In this document: positions 49,074-57,437 of the stretch, piece by piece
Layout of the letters: each line of letters opens with the position of its first letter
Numbering within the stretch: position 1 is the stretch's first letter
Assembly: GCA_029936675.1 (NCBI GenBank)
Contig: JAPYSB010000002.1
Coordinates: forward strand, 194,294 to 258,293
DNA from: Dehalococcoidia bacterium
GTDB taxonomy: Bacteria; Chloroflexota; Dehalococcoidia; Lucifugimonadales; UBA826
Length of the DNA stretch: 64,000 nt
Direction: 5' to 3'
The notes under the pieces: model-generated
What the model was told of the DNA's origin: nothing
Database searches by the model: none
The model's input: only the letters and a program-made list of their open reading frames with translations
Translations under genes and position numbers: made by a program

Positions 49074-50594
49074 TCAGTGATTAAAATGCCTTATCCCAGT
49101 AAACATCATAGATATGGAATGATGGTTTGCTGCCTCTATCACTTCTTCATCTCTTATGGACCCACCGGGTTGAATGATAGCGGTAACGCCACCTTTGGCA
49201 GCCAATTCCACATTATCAGCGAATGGCATAAAGGCATCAGAAGCTAAAGATGAGCCAATGGACCTATCTCCGGAAATTCTCAATGCCAGATGCACACTCA
49301 CAAGCCTATTCGGTTGGCCTGCTCCCATCCCCACTAATGTATTGTCTTTAGCTATAACTATTGTATTGGATTTAATGTGCCTCAAACAGCTCCAGGCAAA
49401 TTCAAGGTCTCTCAATTCTGTTTCAGTTGGTTGCCTATCAGTAACAACCTTCCAGGCGGAAGGATTCTCCTGAATTTGATCAGCTGTTTGAATTAATACC
49501 CCCCCAGTTATCGTCAGAACTTCTAAGTTTGAAAACGGTCCAGAATGACAGTCAGCCTTAAGAACACGGGTTCTTTTCCTTTTCCTCAAAATATCCAAAG
49601 CATCCATTTCGTAGTCAGGAGCAACAATTATATCGAACAAAACTCCACGCATTACCTCAGCTGTCTTTTTTGTCACCACTGTATTAAATCCAACTATTCC
49701 TCCATAAGCGGAAATAGAATCGCCTTGAAAGGCGCCTTCATAGGCAGAGGATTGGTCATCGTCTACTGAAATGCCACACGGGTTCGTATGCTTCACAACG
49801 ACGCAAGCTGTCTTATTAAAACTTGTTACCGTTGTCCATGCTGCATCTGCATCTAAATAATTCGTATACGACATCGGGACCCCATGGAGTTGTTTAGCCT
49901 GTACGATTCCCCCTTCACCTAATGTATTCCGATATAAAACGGCTTCTTGGTGAGGATTCTCCCCATATCTAAGATCAGTTACCTTACTAAGCCCAATTGA
50001 TAGTTCGGTAGATTCCAAGGGGGCTTCGCTCAGCCAAGTTGATATTGCGGTATCGTACAAAGCCACATGCTGGAAAGCCTTTTGAGCTAATTTTTTCCTT
50101 TCATCCTTGGTGAACCCTTGTCCACAAGAGATCTTCTCAGCGACCCAACCATAATCAGATGGATCTACGATAACCAAGACATCGGGGTAATTTTTGGCAG
50201 CCGACCGAATCATTGTTGGCCCACCTATATCTATATTTTCCAATGCCTCGGACAATAAAACATCTTCTTTTTTCACTGTATCCACAAACGGATATAAGTT
50301 GACTACCACCACGTCTATTTCAGATATCCCATGTGATTCTATTTCTTCTAAATGATCAGGGATGTCACGCCTTGCCAAAATTCCACCATGAACTTTCGGG
50401 TGCAATGTCTTCACCCTTCCATTCAAAATCTCTGGTGACCCAGTAAGGTCTGATATTTGCTGCACTGGAACACCAGCTTTGTTGAGAGAGTTGTAAGTGC
50501 CCCCTGTACTTACGATTTCGTACCCAGCTTCACTAAGGGAAATTCCCATAAGTTCTATCTCTTTTTTGTTGTAGACACTTAATAAAGCTTTCAT
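49074..50594 (-). CDS. purH: bifunctional AICAR formyltransferase / IMP cyclohydrolase
   Basis: MKALLSVYNKK...STGGT MGS-like domain and a conserved AICARFT domain. 506 aa. Confidence 0.95.
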   Translation of the reverse strand: MKALLSVYNKKEIELMGISLSEAGYEIVSTGGTYNSLNKAGVPVQQISDLTGSPEILNGRVKTLHPKVHGGILARRDIPDHLEEIESHGISEIDVVVVNLYPFVDTVKKEDVLLSEALENIDIGGPTMIRSAAKNYPDVLVIVDPSDYGWVAEKISCGQGFTKDERKKLAQKAFQHVALYDTAISTWLSEAPLESTELSIGLSKVTDLRYGENPHQEAVLYRNTLGEGGIVQAKQLHGVPMSYTNYLDADAAWTTVTSFNKTACVVVKHTNPCGISVDDDQSSAYEGAFQGDSISAYGGIVGFNTVVTKKTAEVMRGVLFDIIVAPDYEMDALDILRKRKRTRVLKADCHSGPFSNLEVLTITGGVLIQTADQIQENPSAWKVVTDRQPTETELRDLEFAWSCLRHIKSNTIVIAKDNTLVGMGAGQPNRLVSVHLALRISGDRSIGSSLASDAFMPFADNVELAAKGGVTAIIQPGGSIRDEEVIEAANHHSISMMFTGIRHFNH

Positions 50595-50616
50595 AAACCC
50601 CTTCTGGCTTGGCTAA

Positions 50617-51651
50617 TCACCTTTTATTTTCTATTTTGACCCTATTATCCGAACTCTTCTGCTTTAATTCCCCTACTAATATTGCATTAGGAACATTTTT
50701 TAAAATTCTAGAAGCATTTTCAGGAGCACAAACAATAACCATTCCTAAACCCATATTGAAAACTCTATACATCTCATTAGAATCAATCGATCCATTTTTT
50801 TTGATAAATTCAAATACAGCTGGGACGTCCCACATAGAAGCATCAAATTGAGCTTCTATGTCTGCTGGCAAAATTCTTGGCATATTCTCATACAACCCAC
50901 CGCCCGTGATATGTGCTATTCCTTTTGAATCGGGAAAAGCTGGCTTTAAATCATGATAGTAGGAAGGGTGTGGCTTCAAAAGTGCCTCTCCCAAGGTTTC
51001 TCCAGATTTATTCAATCGCTGCTTGAGAATCCCCAAATCATTTTCCAAGTTAAAAACGTGCCGCACTAAAGAGTATCCGTTGGTATGCAGACCATTTGAT
51101 GGAAGGCCTATGAGTAAATCACCTTCGCTAATGGTTTCCAATGGATTTAGCATTTGATCTGCCTCTACGGCACCAACAACAAAACCAGAAATATCAAATT
51201 TGCCCTCTTTAAAAACCCCTGGCATTTCAGAAGTTTCTCCCCCAATAAGAGCACAACCCACATTTTTACACGCTTCAGAGATACCAGTAACAATACTTTC
51301 TACTACCTCTGGGACCAACTTGGACGTAGCAATATAGTCAAGGAAAAACAGTGGTTCTGCGCCAACTACAATGAGATCATTCACACAAGCATTAACTAGG
51401 TCTTCCCCTATATAGCTATAATCACCTACCATCCCTGCCACCAGCAATTTCGTACCCACAGGATCAGTGCTACTGACCAAAACAGGGTCACGATAACCGG
51501 AAACTTTATACATCGCTCCAAAGCCACCGACTCCACCCAATACATTAGGAGTATATGTTTTATCAGCTAAATCTTTTATCTTTTTCTTGATTTTTTCTGA
51601 TGCCAGTAGATCAACCCCAGCTGCTTCGTAAGTGATTTTGTTGTCTTTCAT
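50617..51651 (-). CDS. purM: phosphoribosylformylglycinamidine cyclo-ligase (AIR synthetase)
   Basis: YEAAGVD..., GGFGAMY and DYIA... motifs. 344 aa. Confidence 0.95.
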   Translation of the reverse strand: MKDNKITYEAAGVDLLASEKIKKKIKDLADKTYTPNVLGGVGGFGAMYKVSGYRDPVLVSSTDPVGTKLLVAGMVGDYSYIGEDLVNACVNDLIVVGAEPLFFLDYIATSKLVPEVVESIVTGISEACKNVGCALIGGETSEMPGVFKEGKFDISGFVVGAVEADQMLNPLETISEGDLLIGLPSNGLHTNGYSLVRHVFNLENDLGILKQRLNKSGETLGEALLKPHPSYYHDLKPAFPDSKGIAHITGGGLYENMPRILPADIEAQFDASMWDVPAVFEFIKKNGSIDSNEMYRVFNMGLGMVIVCAPENASRILKNVPNAILVGELKQKSSDNRVKIENKR

Positions 51652-51675
51652 GATCTTGTGGTGGTGAACACTGGT

Positions 51676-52305
51676 TTAATGGCCAGCATTGTCCAAATCA
51701 ATTTCTCCCTTCTGAATTTTATTAAGTGTGGTTACCCAGAATCCATGCTCATACTTTTGAACTTTCTTTTTCACATACTCGACACCTTCAGCAGGATCAA
51801 CGGATATTATTTTTTGACTAATGATCGGACCGTGATCATAATCCTCATCTACTAGATGTATTGAGATCCCAGTTTCCTTTGATTTAGCTTTAACTACAGC
51901 TTTATGCACACGATCACCATACATCCCCTTTCCGCCGTATTTAGGCAGTAAAGCTGGATGGCTATTGATAACTCTATTGCGGAAGGTTCTCAACACAGAC
52001 GGTCCGATTTTTTTCATATACCCAGCCAAAATTATTAAATCCACATTATATTTCTTTAAAATATTTTTAGTGGCAATATCTAGGTCTCCATCATCAGAGT
52101 GGGTGTTGGAACTCAAATGGTATGCAGGTATGCCTGATTTTCTGGCTCTTCGTAGAGCCAATGACCCCGAATTATTACTCACCACCACCGCCACGCTTGC
52201 CTCTAATAATCCGTTGTCGCAAGCATCCATTATGGCTTGGAGGTTTGATCCTCCATGGGAGGCCAAAATTCCCAGAGAGATGCTGTCGGCATCCAAATCA
52301 TTCAA
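51676..52305 (-). CDS. purN: phosphoribosylglycinamide formyltransferase
   Basis: LASHGGSNLQAI, LAGYMK, NSHPALLPKYGG and HLVDEDYDHGPII motifs. Confidence 0.92.
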   Translation of the reverse strand: MNDLDADSISLGILASHGGSNLQAIMDACDNGLLEASVAVVVSNNSGSLALRRARKSGIPAYHLSSNTHSDDGDLDIATKNILKKYNVDLIILAGYMKKIGPSVLRTFRNRVINSHPALLPKYGGKGMYGDRVHKAVVKAKSKETGISIHLVDEDYDHGPIISQKIISVDPAEGVEYVKKKVQKYEHGFWVTTLNKIQKGEIDLDNAGH

Positions 52306-52321
52306 TAGTTAATACCTATTT

Positions 52322-53707
52322 TTACGTTTCTAAAACTAGTTTATCCATTTCGAGTTGAACTGGAATCGGGTACGTACCAGTAAAACAACCCATGCAGTAT
52401 TCACTTCTTTTTCCAGACACGGCCCTCAATAAACCCTCTTCGCTTAAAAAGCCTAACGAATCAGCACCAATTATTTCCCTTATTTCGTCGACTGAATTAC
52501 CACTAGCTAACAGCTCTGCTTTGGTAGCCATATCCACACCAAAATGGCAGGGTGAAACTATTGGTGGAGCACAGATTCGTAAATGAATCTCTTTAGCACC
52601 TCCTTTCCGAAGAAGATTAACTACATGTGGGGTGGTAGTTCCTCTAACTATGCTGTCATCCACCACAATCACTCTTTTCCCTTTCAGTATCTGTGGAAGC
52701 AAATTTAGTTTTCTTCTAACCCCCAGTTCTCTGAGCCTCTGGTCAGGCAAAATAAACGTTCTTCCTACATATCGATTTTTCACCAGACCTTCTGTAAAAG
52801 GAATACCTGATTCCTGTGAATATCCAACAGCCGAAGCCGTGGCAGAATCTGGGACCCCTATTACTAAATCCGCTTCAACCGGGTACTCTTTCGCAAGTTG
52901 GGCGCCCATGGCTAATCTCGTACTGTAAACCAATTGTCCATCCAATAGAGAATCTGGTCTGGAAAAATAAATGTGTTCGAAGACACATCTTCCTAAAACT
53001 CCAGCCCTAGGTTTTTTATAAATAGATGTCATGCCATTATCATCTATCAAAACTGCCTCTCCAGGTTCCACCTCCCTAACAAATTCAGCGCCAATATGGT
53101 CCAGGGCACATGACTCAGACGCCAGAACCCACCCAGAATTTAATTTGCCTATGCAAAGGGGTCTAACACCTAGAGGGTCCCTAACACCTAACACTTCTTG
53201 ATTGGTCATAATAACAAGGGAATAAGCGCCTTGTAATCTGCGCATAATGTATGCAATCCTGTCAGACCAATTTTCGGCAGGCGCATTTGCAATTAAATGA
53301 GCAATAATTTCAGAATCTCCAGAAGATTGGAATTGAATACCCCAATCTAATAACTCTTCCCGAAGATCCACGGCGTTGATCACATTCCCATTATGCGCTA
53401 GAGAAATTTCAGTGCTAGTTCCCTTGCATAGAATCGGTTGGGCGTTATTAATGTTGCTTGAGCCCGTGGTTGAATATCGAGTATGCCCTATTCCTATGTG
53501 ACCGGATAAATGGGATAAATCATTTTCTTGAAAGGCTTGGGACACAAGTCCCATTTCTGTATGCAACCTAATTCTATGGCCGTCGCTCGCTGATATTCCT
53601 GCACTCTCTTGGCCCCTATGCTGTAAGGCATATAATCCAAAAAATATTGAGCGTGCAACATCTTCATCCTTAGCATATACCCCAACTATCCCACACGCTT
53701 CTTTCAT
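52322..53707 (-). CDS. purF: amidophosphoribosyltransferase
   Basis: MKEACGIVGVY (Ntn Cys after a short propeptide), the PRTase loop VVDDSIVRGTT, and a C-terminal Cys cluster. Confidence 0.95.
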   Translation of the reverse strand: MKEACGIVGVYAKDEDVARSIFFGLYALQHRGQESAGISASDGHRIRLHTEMGLVSQAFQENDLSHLSGHIGIGHTRYSTTGSSNINNAQPILCKGTSTEISLAHNGNVINAVDLREELLDWGIQFQSSGDSEIIAHLIANAPAENWSDRIAYIMRRLQGAYSLVIMTNQEVLGVRDPLGVRPLCIGKLNSGWVLASESCALDHIGAEFVREVEPGEAVLIDDNGMTSIYKKPRAGVLGRCVFEHIYFSRPDSLLDGQLVYSTRLAMGAQLAKEYPVEADLVIGVPDSATASAVGYSQESGIPFTEGLVKNRYVGRTFILPDQRLRELGVRRKLNLLPQILKGKRVIVVDDSIVRGTTTPHVVNLLRKGGAKEIHLRICAPPIVSPCHFGVDMATKAELLASGNSVDEIREIIGADSLGFLSEEGLLRAVSGKRSEYCMGCFTGTYPIPVQLEMDKLVLET

Positions 53708-53874
53708 GGTATCGCCACCCGTCGAAGGAAATTCCTTCGAAATTAAGGGGTTAACCTCGGTATGGAAGCGGGACCGGCTGCCCTGTTCGATTACCTTTAC
53801 TCCCTAGGAATGACGGTAGTAAACACCAAGACTCATCTAATCCAAACCACGACTACGACTATGACCACGACCGA

Positions 53875-53904
53875 ATTATACTGCTCAGTCTAATTCACGG
53901 TCAA
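53875..53904 (-). promoter_or_regulatory. candidate sigma70-type promoter of the purFNMH operon (TTGACC-N18-TATAAT)
   Basis: The minus strand reads TTGACC (53904-53899), an 18-nt spacer, then TATAAT (53880-53875), with an AT-rich region upstream. This would give a ~160-nt leader before the purF ATG (53707). Confidence 0.4.
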
Positions 53905-54041
53905 ACCAATTATTCGATGAGATTAACTGTTCTATTCATAAATAAAAATCTACTGGTAAATAAAATTTGCCAATGTTAAAGATATTCATTATTAAGTGCC
54001 CGCCTGAAGGTACTTCTGTAATTCTGAAATTGATAAATTTT

Positions 54042-55631
54042 CTATTCCACAATCGGTTGGGCTACTATCCAAAGACTCACTGCTGTATAGAACACCATAA
54101 GAAATAGCATAGGATACTGACTTCTAACGGCTATAGAGTGAGAGGTTGTCCTCCTTAAAGCTATAGCGTGAGCCGTGAAAACGGAAATGATGTGACCGGT
54201 CACAAGAGCAATCACAGAAAATACCCATGCGAATCGAGCATCTATTATAGCTATATTAGTCTTAAAATCTGAGGTTCCGAACAAATTCCAGCCAAACCCA
54301 TAAGGATCAGATAAGAGAGGGATTATTTCCTGTCCCGTGATCAACAGAAAAGACAAATAGTGCGACAAATTATAGGCCAAAGCTATTGGAACCAATGAAA
54401 ATACAAACCTCATCCTTATATCAGCAGAGACCATTTGTCCCTGTGACATTTGGGCTATAAGGCCACACACATACAAATAGACCGTAGCAAAAATTAAGGG
54501 AACAAGAATTATCCCTATTGTTTCTATGGTAGGGGCTGCAGAACCAGGTAACGGATCTATTACAGGCCATAAAATTGTCTGAATCTCAATCCACGCGGGG
54601 GTTTCGGCAAAACCATCAAAAGAAACGGTGGCTAGAGCAGTAACATGAAAAAACATAATAGCCGGCGTAACACGCTCCCCACGAGACAATCCGACGGACC
54701 ACGGTCGCAAACAAAATTCTTTATTTTTCGAATCAGTATTTGACCAACATTCATAGCAGTCAACACAATCGGGCAAATTTAGGTTTTCTTTGCACCCGGA
54801 GGAGCACTGCATACACCAGCCTTTGGTTCCATTTATCCTTAACTCGGTAGCAGAAAAACGAGCGAATAAATTAAAAAGAACGTAAAAAGGATCCCCGTGT
54901 GTCAACCAAACATGTTTACCGAACAAAATCATTCCTCCCCACGTTAAAAGGGAGTAAATCAGTATTAGGATCCCTAAACTGTACGGCTGAGAACTCGCTG
55001 GATGCACATTCTCAATCCAGGCAAACAAAAGAAAGAAAAACAATGCAGGCCATGCATCCAGTTTTTTGGGCCAATCTACGAGGCCTATATGCTTACCGAA
55101 AATTTGCTCCCAATAGTTGAAAATCACCATCCATGGGTTCATTAATAGCCATATATTCCCGACAATACAAACAACATACCCGGCCCCAACCCACCATATT
55201 ATCCAAACAAAAATAGGGGCAAAATTCTCAACCGCGTTAGATGTACCCGTAAGGCCGGAATGTATAGAAATAAAAAGAATAAATACCGAAATCAGCCCAA
55301 GAAACCTTGCACTGACCTTACAAAAGAAGGTCAGTGCAGAATATCGATACACATTAATCCGTGGATATTTTGGGTTTGTGCCGCTCGACCTTACAAACCA
55401 TCCAATAGCCGCAAAAGAAAATGCAACCGCAAGAGCCGCACCAATCAAAAAATAGCTCAATGGAATAGGCAAATCATATCTTTCACCAAATCCATGAGCA
55501 TTGGCAGTGGATCCGAATAAAAAAACGCAGATAACCAGCAAAGTTACTGTTATAAAAAAATTTGTTTTAGTATTCAACTTCTTCCTCTCCGATGAATCTT
55601 CAACGATGAGCTCTTTCACGAGAAATGACAC
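54042..55631 (-). CDS. hypothetical polytopic membrane protein (>=10 TM) with a signal peptide and a Cys-rich loop
   Basis: Longest ORF is 529 aa from GTG 55631. A more plausible start is TTG 55577 (GGAGAGGAAG SD), giving signal peptide MNTKTNFFITVTLLVICVFLFGSTANA followed by HGFGERYDLPIPL. Central loop WCMQCSSGCKENLNLPDCVDCYECW. I can name no family with confidence. Confidence 0.6.
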   Translation of the reverse strand: MSFLVKELIVEDSSERKKLNTKTNFFITVTLLVICVFLFGSTANAHGFGERYDLPIPLSYFLIGAALAVAFSFAAIGWFVRSSGTNPKYPRINVYRYSALTFFCKVSARFLGLISVFILFISIHSGLTGTSNAVENFAPIFVWIIWWVGAGYVVCIVGNIWLLMNPWMVIFNYWEQIFGKHIGLVDWPKKLDAWPALFFFLLFAWIENVHPASSQPYSLGILILIYSLLTWGGMILFGKHVWLTHGDPFYVLFNLFARFSATELRINGTKGWCMQCSSGCKENLNLPDCVDCYECWSNTDSKNKEFCLRPWSVGLSRGERVTPAIMFFHVTALATVSFDGFAETPAWIEIQTILWPVIDPLPGSAAPTIETIGIILVPLIFATVYLYVCGLIAQMSQGQMVSADIRMRFVFSLVPIALAYNLSHYLSFLLITGQEIIPLLSDPYGFGWNLFGTSDFKTNIAIIDARFAWVFSVIALVTGHIISVFTAHAIALRRTTSHSIAVRSQYPMLFLMVFYTAVSLWIVAQPIVE

Positions 55632-55662
55632 CTTTCTAAGTTAGTGTCATTTCTCGTGAAAG
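55613..55662. repeat. perfect 19-bp inverted repeat with a 12-nt loop (CTTTCACGAGAAATGACAC / GTGTCATTTCTCGTGAAAG)
   Basis: Exact reverse complementarity of 55613-55631 and 55644-55662, checked base by base. It abuts the stop codon of the upstream gene (55663-55665). Confidence 0.9.
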
Positions 55663-56433
55663 CTATGGATACACCTCTAATATAATTAGGGTTTTCTCTT
55701 CAGATTCATGATTAGCATGGTCTGATGGAGGTAAGCCACTTGTTAAACGAACTTTTTCGTTTGAATCGATTTTCCACTCTATCAGTGCACCAGGTTTCAC
55801 TATGACATTATCGGGATGAAACTGATGCTCTCCACTTACTACAGTCACCAAAACATTATCGCTTTCACCATAATGAGAGGACACTTCGATGCTTCCTACT
55901 GCCCCGTGGCTCATATGATCATGATAAGGAATGCTAGTATTTTCAATATTCATAGGCAATTGATATGAAAACATATCTCCTGAAGTCAGGGTTTCGGACT
56001 CAAATAAGCCTGCATGGACATCGGGATCGGTTTTAGTTCCCGAATGTGCAGGCTGTGACCCATAGTCCTGATGTTCTGCTTCGGTTCCGTGTGAAGTGAT
56101 ACCAAACCTACCGGTTGCATTTGCCTTGAACTCCATCGCTTGATCATTACCTGGGGAAACAGTTTTTTCTATATCATATCCATGTAAATGTACTGTAATA
56201 TCAGTGTCTGAAGAAAAATTTAGGCTGACGTTTTCATTTTTCTTAATTCTAAATAAATCTTCATCTCCGGCTAATTCTCCAGAATTGATTGTGATGTCAA
56301 ACTTTGCTGTATTATCGCCTGTAGTTGAGGATGAATTTTCCAAAGATTCTTCATCAGAGAAGCCACAACCTATCACCATGGCAAAGAACATAGCTATGGT
56401 GAAGATTGGCATCATTAATTTTTTATAATTCAC
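55663..56433 (-). CDS. lipoprotein with cupredoxin-like segments, His-rich, lacking the type-1 Cu cysteine
   Basis: Lipobox MVIGCG. Cupredoxin_1-like KFDITINSGEL...VSLNFSSDTDITVHLHGYD...EFKANATGRFGITSH. Also IPYHDHMSHGAVGSIEV and FHPDNVIVKPGALIEWK. The GTG start overlaps the upstream stop (GTGA). Confidence 0.58.
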   Translation of the reverse strand: MNYKKLMMPIFTIAMFFAMVIGCGFSDEESLENSSSTTGDNTAKFDITINSGELAGDEDLFRIKKNENVSLNFSSDTDITVHLHGYDIEKTVSPGNDQAMEFKANATGRFGITSHGTEAEHQDYGSQPAHSGTKTDPDVHAGLFESETLTSGDMFSYQLPMNIENTSIPYHDHMSHGAVGSIEVSSHYGESDNVLVTVVSGEHQFHPDNVIVKPGALIEWKIDSNEKVRLTSGLPPSDHANHESEEKTLIILEVYP

Positions 56434-56981
56434 GAGGTTCTCCTAATTTTATGTTTCCTTTTATATTCTTTTATCCAAGACCTCAACGATAAACTCAGGA
56501 TGGCTAAGAAAAAAAGTAATGCCCCCACTGTCAAAATTGGCACAATAGGGTTTGGTTCTTGAACCTCAACCTCATATACCACCGAAACCTCATCACCGTC
56601 CCTTCTTACCGTCAACATTACGAACCACACTCCCTCTTTATTAAAAGATGTGTCAATCTCGTAATACATGGGATCCATAATGCTATTTTTCATCAATACA
56701 GGGTCTGCTTCTGGCAGGTCAATAGCTGAAAAAGAAGATACGAACTCTATTTCAGCATCCACATATTTGGTTCCTGTTTGTTCATTTTCCACAAAAGCAG
56801 CAAAATGAGTAACACCCATTGATGGTGAAGCCGGTGTAGTTCCTAGTCCAATTATATATTCGCCAATTATTTTCTTTTCATATGAACGGATAGAGCCGTT
56901 CGCTTCAACCAAGATACCTGGCTGAATATACAAACCTAAAAACAAAAGCGACATGAATGTAGCAGTGCGGAACCAGAGCAT
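56430..56981 (-). CDS. FixH/YtkA-like Ig-fold domain protein with signal peptide and C-terminal TM anchor
   Basis: Pattern YIIGLGTTPASPSMGVTHFAAFVENEQTGTKYVDAEIEF...MYYEIDTSFNKEGVWFVMLTVRRDG resembles YtkA/FixH domains. The start is set at ATG 56981 (AGGTGGAG SD, 6-nt spacing) instead of GTG 56993. Confidence 0.55.
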   Translation of the reverse strand: MLWFRTATFMSLLFLGLYIQPGILVEANGSIRSYEKKIIGEYIIGLGTTPASPSMGVTHFAAFVENEQTGTKYVDAEIEFVSSFSAIDLPEADPVLMKNSIMDPMYYEIDTSFNKEGVWFVMLTVRRDGDEVSVVYEVEVQEPNPIVPILTVGALLFFLAILSLSLRSWIKEYKRKHKIRRTS

Positions 56982-57031
56982 TTTTATCTCCACCTTTGAA
57001 ACGGTAAATACGCTGAATTTCTATAACAACG

Positions 57032-57430
57032 CTACAGAATTGGTGGAGGAGTCTCTACAGCGATGTTTCTTTCATTGTGAATATCCATGGTCAAAATCGG
57101 TGATTTAACCAATGCCACTAGGGGTGATGGTATATGGACCTCGGAACAAATGAGGTCGATATGAGCGCCAACAGTACTCATGCCAACATTTTTGACCAAA
57201 AGGGCCGCATTACTAGAAGTCGAGTCATTTGCCTTTCCATGTGTATGTTCACCCGAAACAAAATGAGCATGCTTTAAGCCATTGGCAAAATGTGAATGAT
57301 AAGGATTTTGATCAGGCAAATGATGGTTAAACATCACACCCATAGAAGGAACCAAAAAGAAAATAAGTAAAAGGATAGGCGGAATTCTCCATAAAATGGC
57401 ATGGGCCAATCTAGCGGCAAAATATTTCAT
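57032..57430 (-). CDS. hypothetical N-terminally anchored His-rich protein
   Basis: One TM (ILWRIPPILLLIFFLVPSMGV), then 8 His in 31 residues (NHHLPDQNPYHSHFANGLKHAHFVSGEHTHG). ATG 57430 lies 7 nt after the trpB stop. The track start 57451 overlaps trpB. Confidence 0.5.
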   Translation of the reverse strand: MKYFAARLAHAILWRIPPILLLIFFLVPSMGVMFNHHLPDQNPYHSHFANGLKHAHFVSGEHTHGKANDSTSSNAALLVKNVGMSTVGAHIDLICSEVHIPSPLVALVKSPILTMDIHNERNIAVETPPPIL

Positions 57431-57437
57431 GATGCTC

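Noticed and set aside
53708-53870. Known riboswitch class (ZTP/pfl, purine, ykkC/PRPP) in the purF leader
   Set aside because: Only short fragments resemble conserved cores (CGAACAGGG, CUAGGG, GGUCC). The ZTP 3' CCGCCUGGGC element, the purine three-way junction and the ykkC AAAAGCCCGGGAG element are all absent by eye. I kept it as an unclassified candidate leader, not as a named riboswitch.
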